Below are positions 10,382 to 23,707 of a stretch of 64,000 bases of DNA, piece after piece. A program made the translations under genes and the position numbers. The DNA is from Bugula neritina (lineage: Eukaryota > Animalia > Bryozoa): the NCBI GenBank assembly GCA_964035545.1, contig OZ037766.1:29452640-29516639 (forward strand). Direction: 5' to 3'. The notes beneath the pieces were generated by a model. The model ran no database searches and was not told the DNA's origin. It was given only the letters and a program-made list of their open reading frames with translations. Each line of letters begins with the position of its first letter. Position 1 is the first letter of the stretch.

Positions 10382-13300
10382 ATGGAGGGAAATACAAATG
10401 CTAATGCTTGTATGTACTACTGATAATACTAATAGTAATCCCTATGCTAAACCTTACAGTAACATTAACTCTAAACCAGATAGAAAGCTGTTTTATAATT
10501 TTTTCAATTTTTAAAAAAATATTTTGTATCTTGAAAAGCTGAATAGTTTCAGTTTGAGTTTTACTTTTAGTTTTCCTGTTTTGGCTCGAAGTCTATACAG
10601 TATACACTATACAGTATACCCAGTATGAGTATGGGTATAAGGTTTCATTCCACTTACTGCTTAGACGATTCCCACTTAGACGTTTCTCACTTGGACGATT
10701 TTTTTATTTTGGTACAATATATAGTAATATACAAAGTCAAATATAACTGTTGAATTTACTGCTAAACATGAAATAAGCTACTAAGTTACTCTAAGCCAGC
10801 TATTAGTATTTGCTTTAACTCAATACTAATTTAGCTACAGTTTATTTTATCCAAAATAACAAAATAAAATGCACAAATGCATTTCATGGTATATCACATA
10901 CTGCTATATTACAACTTTTTCTTATTATATTTTGTCTATCTTTTACTTTTAAGTTTAAGGTTTGTGCAAGATGGCTTCTTATAGAAGCATTGTTACTGTA
11001 AGTAGCTTGCTGGTGGCTTCTTTGCTTTCTATTATGTACTAAATAATAGCATAAAATACATATATTACACTAAAATATATAAATAACGTCTAACTGGGAA
11101 TCATCTAAGTGGGATGACACCGAGTATAATACTAATACTCTATAGTTACTCTTACTCTAAGGCTCAGCCTTAGGGTTTCTTACGTTTACCGTTGAACTTG
11201 ATGTTGTTAAAATTTAGTGTTAGTGCTACTAATAGTACCTAAGTTATCTTTCAGGCCTATATTTTAAAATACTAATAATAGTAATGGTAAATGTAATACT
11301 TAAAGTGATGGTAAAAGTAAATCTAGTATTACTTTTAGTTTTACTATTAGTAAAAGTAATAGTAAAAATACTTAATAGTAATACTAATAAGTAATAACTA
11401 ATAGTAATGATTAATAATTATAGTTGTTAGATTTAGTAATACTATATTGTTAATTGGTATTATTTTAATGATAATGCTTTTAGTTAAAGTTAGTTATGCT
11501 ATTAGTTATTCTAAATCTAATACTAATAGTAATAGTAATGTACAACATGAACAGTAATACTCATACCGATAGTATTCTTATTGCCATTAGTGATAATAGT
11601 TAATACTAGTAATGCTATAAGCTCTAGTTATCATAATACTACTAAATAGTACATTTCGTAATTAATGCTGATTGTAATTAATTGATAATTGATAATTAGT
11701 AATATTATTTGAGTATGGCATGTTGGTGATAAAATTGGATGAATAGCATCTTCACCTTGTTGCGAGAGTCACCATATAGAATATTTCACAGTTGATTGAA
11801 ACATATTCAAACTTGTTTTAAGCATCCTGTTATGTTATACTGATAGCTACTGCTAGGATTTCTATGCACATGCTCACACTGGCACTATCGGTAATTTCAG
11901 ATATGGTTATCTCTTATTTGACCTTGGAAAATTCTATCTGCACTAAATTTGAACTTGGTTTGTGTTTGCAGTTCAACAGTTGATACCACCGTCAGTGTTT
12001 AGTACGAAACCATGTATAAGTTTGCTACCTCCTGGGAACATCCGGGTGTCTGAGGAGAAACCTTCGTAAGGTTTTCAAGTTATACCTCAAAGTTAAATGT
12101 TTTCATTGAAATTAGTGCTAATGAAGTTCATGTTTAAACTTTATTCGAAATTTAAAAACTTCATCTGTAAGCGCTTGTAGCCAAATCTTAATATGATTAA
12201 AAATGGAATTTTGACTTATTTCAACTCAATTGCTTCACCAATCTTGTTATTGCTTTTAAAAATAGTTTTTTTAAAGTCAAGCTTATGATGACGTCCTGTC
12301 GTGTGTTTTAATGAAATGTTGCATAAACTTGTTTTATTTAAACCAATTATTACAATTGTTCAGTTACAAATTTTTATTTATTCAAATTATATGTTTTTAT
12401 CTAGTAAGAAGTCTGTACGTATGCAGACAGATGTATACACATCTGATCCTAGCTCAGATGATGAAGTCAGTTATTCGCCCAGGAAAGGTAAAAAGTGTGC
12501 TGCCGTGACAGCAGAGTCCAAACACTCCAACTCACCTGTCAGCGCAGGTGATCTGGAAATAGAAAAACTTAGGAGGGAAAACTATCAGTTATTGTAAGTT
12601 GTTTACCATAAGCTACCATTAACATTCTATGTGAATTTATTGGTAATGCTGATGTATTTTTAATTATTTTGAGTATTTATTGTACTTAATACCTTTGTGA
12701 AGTTTTATGAGTTTTATGTGCTTGGGCAGATATACATGTCTGCGAATGTTTGGAATTTGATTTTTTGTCAAGTAATATAGGTAAGCGTAATTGCTGTTGA
12801 TAGCAAATAACAAAATCGATCTTTAATTTTAACTAGTTTTAACCTCAATTGTTTGGAGCCAATCCATATTATGACTAAGTAATTACCTCATATGACAAGG
12901 TAAGTCTCTCATATAGTAAGGTAAGTATATCACATAGTAAGATATAAAAGGACTCAAATCTGTTCTATTCTAGAGCAGAAAACTTGAAGCAGACGTATCA
13001 AAGTTGCACTCGAGTTCAGGAAACGTCCCAGAGTTCCACAAATAAACACGTCGACAGTTTAATCAACAAACAAGCCGAGGAAATTAATCAGCTCCGTCAG
13101 CAGGTGTGTAGGCTGCATATGCTGCCCGTACAGTGTTGTGTCATGTTCTACTATAATACTTGTTGACATCTGATAGTAAGATAAAGGTGGTACTTCTTAG
13201 TGTTGTGATAGTCTAACAACTAACAGTCATAAATTTAAATTTATTTTCACAAGCTAGTAGTTTTAGTAAAAGTGAGTAGGTGAAAAGAATTTTGTTTTTT

Positions 13301-16300
13301 TATATATAAAACCAAAGTAGTTTGCTTAGTTTGTATATAAATAAAGTGAAATATAACTTTGTATAGTTGTTTTATTGTTTTTTACATGTGAATAAAGTAA
13401 CACATAAGTTAGTACAGTTGTTTAGTCTTAGAGCTGTTGTGTTCTTCTGCAGCTGGCAGACGAACACAATAAACACGAGATGACGCTGACTAACTTTGAT
13501 CAGGAATGTATCAGGAGAGAAAAAGCATATCAGAACGACCTTGACATACTAAATTCTCAGCATGAAAAGGTTATGGCCAACTTGAAGAGAGATTTTAGTG
13601 AAAAAGAGCGCTGTCTAGAGGTTTGTGTGATTGCTTCAAGCTAGTGCTGGGCTGGTATTGGGCATATTTAGGATGCTGAATATGCCGTGACTTTTACTGG
13701 TGTCAGACCAAATGCCAGCGCAGCACTACTATCATTTCAACAATATCTTGAACAATTTATTTTAATTATCATAAAGTAGCTCTGGGAAATGTTAGTATAT
13801 CTTCCAAGTGTTGATTTTTTACATAATAAAGCATTATGACAAGTTCTGTACATGTTGTATTTTATAATGAAGCCTGAATAACACATAGCTGTTGATGAAG
13901 CTGCTAAAGTACAACTGTTTATTACCTGGGGTGGAACCATACAAAGCTATTTGGATTTATAGACAATTTTGGCGTTTTCAAAAGGTGTCCTGTTTTAAAC
14001 ACTAGGTGATTGTTTCAGTTGCTATGTTCAACTCCAAATGAAAAAAAAACTAAAATTCCAAAAATTGCCAAAATTACATAAATCATGCCCATGTTGCGCA
14101 TTTAATAAACTGGGTTTCAAATGTCATACGCAGTATATTGAGATTTTTTCTAAAATTTTTACCATGAAGACTTGTTTTGTAAATTTTTAAATTAAAAATA
14201 GTTATAAAGCTCAGTACTAACTGTTGATCGGTAACCTGTGGTAGTGAGTGTAATAAAAGTTTTCCCATGTTTTTACTTGTAAGTTACTCTGTCTGCTTAT
14301 TATTCAGCATAATTTTGTTTCCTGATAATTTCCTCACAATAAACAAATATTGTGAAATTATGACATTTAGTTTAGGAATGTTGTCCCAAATTCTTGACCC
14401 TCACCAATTGTAATGGAGTTTATCATGATTTGAAGTTGCATTTAAAGATGGTTGGTGCTTGATTTTGTTTTCAAATAGATTTTACTCTTAATTCAGGTTT
14501 AGCTGATTAGCATTAAGTTAGATAGAGTTTGCTTTGGGTATGAACAACCTTCTATTTGTTCAGGTCCTGGAAATCTAAACGTGTTTACTGTATATCCTGA
14601 TCAATCAATTACTTCTGTCATAATTGTATTGCGATGACATGGGCAGTAAGGCAATAATTAGGTTTCTCCAGTTCACCAACTGCCATATCCGGAGTCAATA
14701 ACTGGTTCACGGAATCATGATTAAATATCTGAATACATGTTTCTAGCTCAAGCTTGCCGAGGCTCGTTCCCAGTTTGAAACTCAGCAGCAAGAAATGTCA
14801 AGGTTATTCAAAGAAGTTGAGAAGCAGAAGGCACACAATAATGACTTGGCGAGGAACTTGGAACTAATTTCTGCTCGGTTGAGGTTTGTCGACTTAGTCA
14901 GTTCAGCAGCTCTTAACATGGTACCAGTATTTATTATATAGAAAAGTTTCACGCTTCAATAGGTTTGTAAATAATTCTTTGTAGTAGGTACTTTTGTAAA
15001 TGAAAAATTTCAGATATAATTTTTTGCGATTAATTGCTTTTATTGTTCTAAAAATTTTCTAGCATCTTACTTGTTGTATTTTCAAATTACTATATTTTTC
15101 TACTATCTACTCTCAAACCTGCATAATTCAGTCGGTTTGCTTAAACCTGAATTCATAAGTTCTGTTCTCGAGTAATTCTCACCAACATGTATGATACCTT
15201 TTAGTGAAAGTAAGAGTGTCTGTGAAGATAAAGACAAAAAGATAGCTGAACTGCAGCAACACATATCTAGTTATCAGCAGAGGCTGGGTGGGAGAGAGCG
15301 ATGGCCCCATGAGAAGTCCGAGTTGGAACTCAAGCTATCTAACTTGATGAATGATAAGTAAGATTTCACTTATGCCTTGCGAACAGTTGAATATTACAAA
15401 CTGATTACATATTACAAACTTCCAATAACACAGGTATGGAGACTGTCGCAGCCTTCATTATATTCTCACTTGTGGAAGTATTTCAGTCTTATTCTGTCAA
15501 CCATTGTATGTAGTGTATACTTTTTAATCTCTCATCTCATCCTTCATTTCAACTCATTAATTTACATAAATTTGTCGTAAGAAGTAATTGACACAGTTTA
15601 TGGAAGATGCATGACTTGTACATAGTGTAGCTGTTGTATACAGTCACACACATACTGAAGTTGTATACACAGTTACAGATAGGAATCGTGGTGTACACAC
15701 TCACATTGTAAGAGTATTCACAGTTACACGCATGTGACTGATGGCTAAGTTTGGCAAGACCCCACACGTGGTATAATTATTTCGTTTGGATGTGCCGAGC
15801 CACACTAACACATAATAAATTAGTAATTGTGATGAATAATGCGGAGGCACAGTTGAAACTGGTTTGCCAGTTACTTTGGAATAAACTTCTATATAATCAC
15901 CTTTAGTTCATTTGGCACCGTCTCATCGGATACGTTTGCCAAGGAGAGAGATGTGGAAGTGTCAGTGTCGGCCATTGAACACATGGTTCATTATCTTTAT
16001 GTAACTATTTCTCGGTTGTTGGTGCATTGAAAGCTGCCTCTGCCACGCCAAAACTGCTGCGCGGAAATTTTCAACTTTTTTTCTGATGCCATGATTAGCA
16101 ACTTGAAGGTAAAAGGGAAGGTCAAGTAGAATGGCTGGGTCGTCTATTTAGTCATATATCTAATTTTAAACATTGCCATTTATAATTAAAACAGCTTACA
16201 ATGGAATGCTATTCTATACTCATTGGCATCAACAGGATGGATGACACAATCACTGATGTGGAGGCGTCAGTTAGTTACCAAGTTTTTAGTTACATAAGTA

Positions 16301-19300
16301 GAAGTTGTGTCCACATATTTACTAACTTTAAGTTATAAGTTACCTGAAACTGCCAGGTGATTGAGTGGTATAACATCTACCAGAGTATATACGGTATACC
16401 CGCATACTGATCAACTCATAATATGCTATGCAGGCATTTCGAGTTCTTCAAACATTTATCATTTGAATATTAAACTAAAACTGAAGTTTTAGCAGAAAAG
16501 GCCTTTACACTTTCTGTGAATATTTTTATTCAATTTCATTGACGCCAGTAAGTTCATTCACAGCTAGTAACTATGTCTTCCCATAGACAACCAATAAGCT
16601 AACTAGAGCATTGCCCTGGCTTTCTCACACAGCATTGAGAATTTACCTCACTATAAATATTTCAGTGAGACTCTGAAAGGAGAGAATGAAGGACTGAACC
16701 TGAGGCTATTGGCTATAAACGATGTCCTGTCAGCGCAGCAGGACACGCTAAGAGTAGATAACTCTGCAGACGGGAAACTTCACAACCTCCTCAACCGGTA
16801 TATAAACTTATAGCTGGTTCCTCGTTAAACATCAGATGTGGCCTCTAAGTGCTGTCTGAAGTTATTTTAACGTAACTGTTTCATGTCACGGGTTGTGATC
16901 ACAACTGCTAGGTTCTGGAAGCTAAAAATTACTAAACCTCACGAACTTGTTACACGTTTATATTATATAATACCCGATTTGGGTAAAAGTGGTAACTTGC
17001 TATGTTCATCATGGCTTATCATAAACTATGTAGGCTTACATAATGTTTTCTAGCTGCTTACGCCTTGCAGTAATGTTTTCTGTACTCAATTCTATGATGA
17101 GATGAAATCATACCAACCTATGACAAACCTATTATGTTCCACATACTGCTAGCTGGAGATGATTTTGTCCCGTAACATTGCAGATGGCGTACCAAAGTTT
17201 TCTCCATGCTGGTGCAGCAAAAAAGCTCCGAGCTTGTATTTAAAGCTGACACTGACAAATGGGAAGGTCTGACAAGGTCGTTGGAAAATCAAGTGTTTAG
17301 TCTACGGGCTAGGATACGGGAACTGGAGGCTATGGTGAAGGAGAGAGATGTACAGGTTGATCTCCTCTCCAAACAGAAGCAGGTTGGCACAAGCTCTGTT
17401 GGTAGTGGTACACGTAGAGTCAGCATTTACTGAATAGCACTGTTGGTGTGAAATAATCATAAATTTATTGCTTTTTGAATAGTGCTGGTTTTAGGAAAGT
17501 TTTTTAGTTTAAGGGGTTGTCTTATGAAATAAATCAACCAGATTCCAAACTCCAAGTTAATAATTACAAGATAATCAGAAATCTGCAGCTGACAGAGTTG
17601 TGCTGATTGGTTCAAAGAGTTGACTGTCATAGGGTTGTCTCATCTTGTATGTTGCTTTCTGGGTTGCATTTTATCAATTATTTGCCACATAAATTTTGAA
17701 AGCAACATGACTGGGTTGAGATAGCTTGTCTGGCTGCAATTCTGTGCATGACTTACACGTTTACTTTTTCATGGAGAAGTAGATAAACTTTTAGACATGC
17801 AACGTTGAATAACAGGAAATGCAAGAGGAGCAATGGCGGCTCTATGCTCACCAAGGTAATAGCTGTAAAGGGATTCTCTTAAAGTGTTACATAAAGTTGA
17901 TTTTTTGGTAATAATGATGATAACAATAGACTACCTGAATAAGTATGAGAAATCAAAAGCTCTACTAATGGTGCTTATCACACTCACTCTATTACCACAT
18001 AGCTTGTGCTCCACTCATATTAAAGCCCTATTCAAATAGCCTCTTGCTATCAAAGTAAACCTGAAAAAGCTAAGCAGGCATTTTTGGAGTTGTGCCCACA
18101 ATAATTTGGCTAGTCGCCAGCTATTGAAATAAACAATGTTGGTTGCATCTATCGCCCTGTGGGGACTCTGCGGGATGAATGTGTCTGGGATTGAGTACTG
18201 ATGGTCAGTCACTTCATTGGTTAGTGTCCTAACACAGCAGGTGGCCAGCTACTGCTTCCCACACACACTGATTATATTTGGTTGGCATTTGGCAAGTTCT
18301 AAATTGGATTGGAGCAATGAACCCTAGTGCAATCAAACCTGGCGTAGTGGAATGTTGGTTCCTACCACTTACCACCTACATTCTGTCATCACTCACTCAT
18401 CGCAAACTTCCATATTTAGACCTGTTTAACAAGATGGTGAAGGCAATGTTTCATATTTCTAAACGTTCCATGGATTTGACTCTAGTGCCGTCAACAATTG
18501 TGGTGTCTAGAAGCTAGGCATTTGGGGGACTCAGTTAAGTTGTTGGATATTGAGTATTGCTAGTAGGTGTTGCTGGAAAAGATATTCCCCCCCCCCCTAG
18601 ACTTATAAGGAATGTTTATTACTTGGCATATTCCAGCAGCAGTCTGAAAATATTTTAGAATATTTTTCCTGCTTTAGTTTTGTTTTGTTGGCACTGGGGC
18701 CAGTTTTGCTGAGCCAACATATTACTCAAACCTGTGGATCTTCCGCCTCATTGGTCGATGAATTATCTTAACCAATGCTTAAAATAACTCATCATTTGTC
18801 ACATGCTGGCAACTTCCGCTTGCTGTCGAAGTGTGAATTGATTTCACGTGACATTAACGCACAATAAACAGGTTATTATGTTTCAACAATTCCTTTTTTT
18901 GAAAACTTTCAACATAAACTTCGGCAAAAAGTAGTATTCATAGTTATTTTGAAATAATTTATGACATAAAAATGTTGAATGATGATTTTAATAGTTTATT
19001 TTTATATTTGCGTGGATGAAAGGTCAAACTGTTAGCGAAGATACAAAATTTATATATGCAAGAATAGTTAGTCTCTCAGTAAGGTAGCTATGTTAAAGCT
19101 ATTTCGGAATTTGAGTGAAATGCTTTGTAAGTTTCATATTTTTTAAAAATATAGCGAATGAGATATGCTCAAAAGTATATTTGGTAATTTTACGAGTAAA
19201 AGCTGTTATAATTATATATCTTATGTGACTATCAGGCTAATGAAAGTGAGAAGCGTAAATAGACATCAGTAGACATCTCTGGACATCAGTGATATCACGC

Positions 19301-22300
19301 CGGCTTCTCTAGACATCAGTGATATCATGTTGAGTGTGGCATTGAGTTTGACATTGAACAAGTTACTGGGCGTAGACTAAGTCAACACTGGCCCACCTTT
19401 GCTTGTTCTTTGATATGAATTACTTCATCACTGGGGTCTTATGCCACCTCATTCACAAGTGTTGGCAATGTAACCTTCTGGCTTATAACTGTTGATCGCT
19501 CTGCATGGGACTTCAATATCCAAAAGAAAACTGGCACAGAGCATCAGAGCATACCTTGTCTCTTTACTAACTCGTGTCAAACAACGTGATGATTTGTAGT
19601 ATCTTGTTAAATAAGATTGTTGATTTCAAACCCAAAAATAATATTAGTCCTGATTGTTAGTTGTGATACTCTGTGATGAAGTGAATTGGCTAAAGCATGA
19701 ATAATTTAAGAATCTTATTTCCATGTTGTACATCAGATTTATTCTTTTCTCTTATGATTTATGTAATCAAAAATGTTAAAACTAACGTAACTTGCATTGT
19801 AATGTACGCTGGATTTTTTACCAACATACACGGATATGTTACTGTTTCAAGGCTTCAAGCCTCTTGCCTTGCCGTCTTTTTGTCAATAGAATTAATAGAA
19901 CCGCTGTATTGATTATATTGATTTTTATTTCAGAAGTTGGAATTGTCTTCCCAAAAACTAAGATCTCTTACATCTGCTTATGAATCAGAAAAAGAAAGAG
20001 ATCTGGAAGCTCAGAAGTTGCTTACTCTTACTGTGCAGGGATTCTCAACCAAGTAAGTTTAACGCCATCAGATTGTGCTTTAGGCGTAGGGGGGTTACAC
20101 ACCCCACACTGATATGACAAACTTGTACAACATTAGCTAATTTATTTGTAATTAAGCACATCTAGCTGTTACTTGGAATGCTATATGTGGTTATCATCAG
20201 TTTTTGGCTATTGGAAAATGATGAGTGAAGCTTTAGTCACCAGTCCACACTCCAGGCTAATTTTCTTGTATAAATTTGTCTCTAATTTCATGGAATTTAG
20301 CAATGAAGGAAATATTCTGTATCAAATTTTAAATAATTGCATTTTCTCTCTGCTCGAATTCACACACCCATTAAACATGATAAAAATAACATTAGTTTCC
20401 TCCACTGCAGAGATGTGGTGCTCTGTTCAGTGCCGAGGTGAGATAACTCCTAAATTCTCTGCTACATAATAAAAATAACATACTAAATGCATGGTATCTA
20501 CGATATAGTGTACCATGAATTGGCTGCACATCTAGGGAACATCCGTGTATTTCTAATTTCTCTCCAAAGGTTTGAATCTCAGAAGAAGGTTCTGGAAGCA
20601 GTGGGAAGTCACGTGACTCAGTATGAAGCTAGACTTCTAGCTGTAAACACCAAGTTTCTTCAGTGTAAAGGTATGTTGAAGGATTGTCTTCCCATTAAAC
20701 TCTTTTCCTATTATGACAACTTTCAGTTATATCATATCTAAGGGTTATTATTTTGTGTGTTTATATGTTTTATAACAAGAAGGGATCCCCTTCTACTTGT
20801 TATTAGTTATAATAAAATATTTCAATGTTCTATTTTTGTAAATACTGTTTAGTTTTACCAGAAGCTGAAACTTTGAAAGAGTATTTAGTAAACAATATAT
20901 TATAAAATATTATGATATACTCACGCAAGTTTATAGTGAGAAACCCATGATGGAAGGGTTTTTGTTACATTGGGCTAAGGACTTATTCAGATGAGGCACA
21001 GGAGCAATTATGACTGGATGCTCTTCCTAACATCACCAATGGCCTTTGTCAGGGTTCGAACCCATGACCTTCGTGCTTACTAGGCAAACGCTCTAACCCC
21101 TAGACCACGGCTGCTTATTAGTGCCTATGTTCAGTAAACTTTCATTGTCTAAACGTGTGACTCATCTTGGATTTGTCTTTCCTTAGATTTTCTGCTCAGC
21201 ACTCAGTCAAAGTGTGCTGACTCGGACAATAGACTGAAAGCCAGCGAGAATGAGTGTGAGTTACTGCGGCAGCAGCTAACCGACAGCAACCTTGTCAAAC
21301 AAGATTACCAGCAGGTGGTTCACCAAACACTTGCTTGTCCTCGTTTACTGTGAAAATAATTGTAGCATGTGTGAATGTAGATGTGTGGGTTAGTATGTAT
21401 TGTGAGTGTGTATTAGTATCTATTGTGGGCGTGTATTATTATAGCGTGTGGGTGTGTATTATTATGACTTGTGGGTGTGTATTTTTGCAGAAACATGATC
21501 AGCTTCAGAAAAGCCTATTGGACTATGTAGAGACTGCAGAAGATCAGGAGAAGACAATTTCTCATCTCAAAGATAGAATTGATCAGCTCACAGTGCATGC
21601 TGACTTGGAGGTATTATTTTTGACCCTAAATCTATATTGATTTGGATTATATATATGTGTGTGTGCGTGCGTGCGTGTATAGTTATGATATTTTAATGTG
21701 TATTTATGGTGTTATATAACACTGATATGTAGGACCAGAATAACTGTAATATATTGTAAAATACCTAATGTAGCAATAGTTGCACTTGCCTATTATGGCT
21801 TGCTCCATTAAAAGGTATTATATATGTGATGAGCACTTCTGAAGCTTTATTATTTTGGAACACAGGCTAAAAGGGTAGAGCTTGAAGTGACTCGTCCATA
21901 CAAAGACTCTGTGGCTAAGCACCAGGAAGAGATTTCTAACCTGAAGAGGCAGTTGGCGAAAACTAGTGAGTGTTTGCTTCACCTTAACAAGAGAAGATAA
22001 TTCTAAGTGCTGTTCATTTGCTCACATAGTATTTTGTATCTTATCAGTACTGGATATTATATGACGTTTTGTTGAAGTTGAGAAAAGAGTCACAAGGGTT
22101 TCTCACGGCATGTATCTATTCCATTAATTTCTTGTAGTCGTGCTCTTACGACGATCTGAGAGACAAAATGAGCAGAATCAGGACTCTCATGGCAAAGAGT
22201 TACACGCTGTGATGTCACAAAATGCTGAGAAGTTATCTCGCCTTACAGGTGACCTCGCAGCTGCGCAGGTCGAGAAGAATATCGTCCAATCAACTCTAAC

Positions 22301-23707
22301 AGCACTGGCTAATTCTAACACTACCAGGTGATTGTTTACAACATCTAATTGCAGCCAATTATGTGTGGTTTTAGATTTTATTCTAATAATGATGAACCTT
22401 CTCGCTGTATAGTGGTTACCATGTTGCAGCTATGCTTTTGTGAATCTTTTTCGGTGCTCTTGTTGTCTATATGGTGTTGATCTTAGTTACCTCAAATTAT
22501 TTAGTTGTAGTTATATGTTCACCTAATATCAGTGTAACTTTACCTTCATATCAAACCATTCGTGTACCAAATTTCTGTTCTGTAGCTGGAGTTGTCCACT
22601 TTTGACTAGTGAACAAGTTAATACCAGAAGATTATCAACTGATTATTATATATGTTACATAATCACAGATTCAGTTAGTTGGTTGTGTTATATACAGCTG
22701 GCTGTGTTTGCTGGGTTTAATAATACCACGTTTATTGTTGTAGGGCTAAACCTCGCGTATCACAAAGTCACAGTGTCTCCCCCCAAACTACGCCAGTGAA
22801 GAGCCAACCTGTAGTTCACAGTCTACCGACGAGCCCCCTAGGTACACCATCCGCATGTTATATGCACATCCTGTTACTGTTCATTGGTTGACTTACATTT
22901 TTGTTGAGGACTTCCAGCATTTGTTATATCAATAGAGAACTTGCTAATTCTAATCAGCAGAGTGTTTTTATACTGTCAAAAAGTGATATTCAGCTCTGCA
23001 TAATGAGTTTATTTGACGTGATTTCTCATTTATAACGGAGGTTTTATTTAGTCTGGTTCATACACCTCTCTCCTAAGTAGAGTCGGTAACTTCCCAACTC
23101 TAAGGCTATATAAAGTGCTGGGTGGTCAAGGAGACACTAAGCTGAATCAAGGATATCTTCAACATAGAGAGTGTCTTCAAAGCTTAGGATTTCATTACTA
23201 AATAGCTTCTGTCAGTACTAACACCAATGGGCTAATGCTAATACACTAACACTAGTACACTAACACTAATACACTAACACTAATACACTAACACTAGTAC
23301 ACTAACACTAATACACTAACACTAGTACACTAACACTAATACACTAACACTAATACACTAACACTAGTACACTAACACTAATACACTAACACTAGTACAC
23401 TAACACTAGTACACTAACACTAATACACTAGTACACTAACACTAATACACTAACACTAGTACACTAACACTAGTACACTAACACTAGTACACTAACACTA
23501 ATACACTAGTACACTAACACTAATACACTAACACTAATACACTAACACTAGTACACTAACACTAGTATACTAACACTAGTACACTGTTACACTTCTTCTT
23601 TTGCAGGTAGGAAACTGGCTGCTGCCTCTGCCAGTAAATTGGCAGCAAGTATTATCAACTCTGATACTGACTCAGATAGTGAAGAGTGTTCTAATGAAGG
23701 GGCGTAG
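10382..23707 (+). CDS. CCHCR1: Coiled-coil alpha-helical rod protein 1 orthologue, ~728 aa, 17 coding exons
   Basis: Phase-consistent exons: 10382-10409, 11972-12065, 12405-12593, 12974-13103, 13453-13620, 14747-14883, 15205-15357, 16666-16797, 17184-17382, 19934-20052, 20570-20670, 21187-21314, 21491-21610, 21866-21965, 22138-22327, 22744-22841, 23607-23707. Motifs LIPPSVF, LLNRWRTKVFSMLVQ and EKNIVQSTL correspond to human LIPPSHF, LLNRWREKVFALMVQ and DKNLMLATL. AATAAA at 23811. Confidence 0.87.
10641..11121. mobile_element. MITE with GG...CC termini, repeat-containing TIRs and near-perfect 8-bp TSD (superfamily uncertain; Merlin- or Mutator-like), in CCHCR1 intron 1
   Basis: The left end GGTTTCATTCCACTTA..GACGATTCCCACTTAGACGTT matches the reverse complement of the right end, GGTGTCATCCCACTTAGATGATTCCCAGTTAGACGTT. 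Flanks are GGGTATAA (10633-10640) and GAGTATAA (11122-11129). Confidence 0.78.
20952..21115 (-). mobile_element. tRNA-derived SINE (tRNA-Thr(AGT)-like head), most complete copy
   Basis: On the - strand: A-box TGGTCTAGGGG, anticodon-loop-like CTAGTAA, B-box GGTTCGAACCC, then body TTGGTGATGTTAGGAAGAGCATCCAGTCATAATTGCTCC, which recurs elsewhere in the window. Confidence 0.85.
23243..23585. repeat. Compound tandem repeat of ACACTA / ACACTAAT / ACACTAGT units in the last CCHCR1 intron
   Basis: Directly visible; ends ~20 nt before the acceptor at 23605-23606. Confidence 0.95.

Noticed and set aside
15690-16140. CpG-richer intronic block that might be a transposon or nested gene
   Set aside because: No termini, TSD or recognisable protein motif could be established by eye.
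17816-17855. 40-nt exon-like segment (EMQEEQWRLYAHQ) in CCHCR1
   Set aside because: It would frameshift the next exon, and the protein matches CCHCR1 spacing without it. At most a rare poison exon.
18000-19340. Possible decayed transposase or other repeat fragments in the long CCHCR1 intron
   Set aside because: Only short interrupted frames and a small TAGACATCAGT tandem repeat; nothing assignable without a search.
21040-21115. tRNA-Thr gene
   Set aside because: The acceptor stem does not pair properly and the head runs into a body repeated elsewhere, so it is a SINE head.
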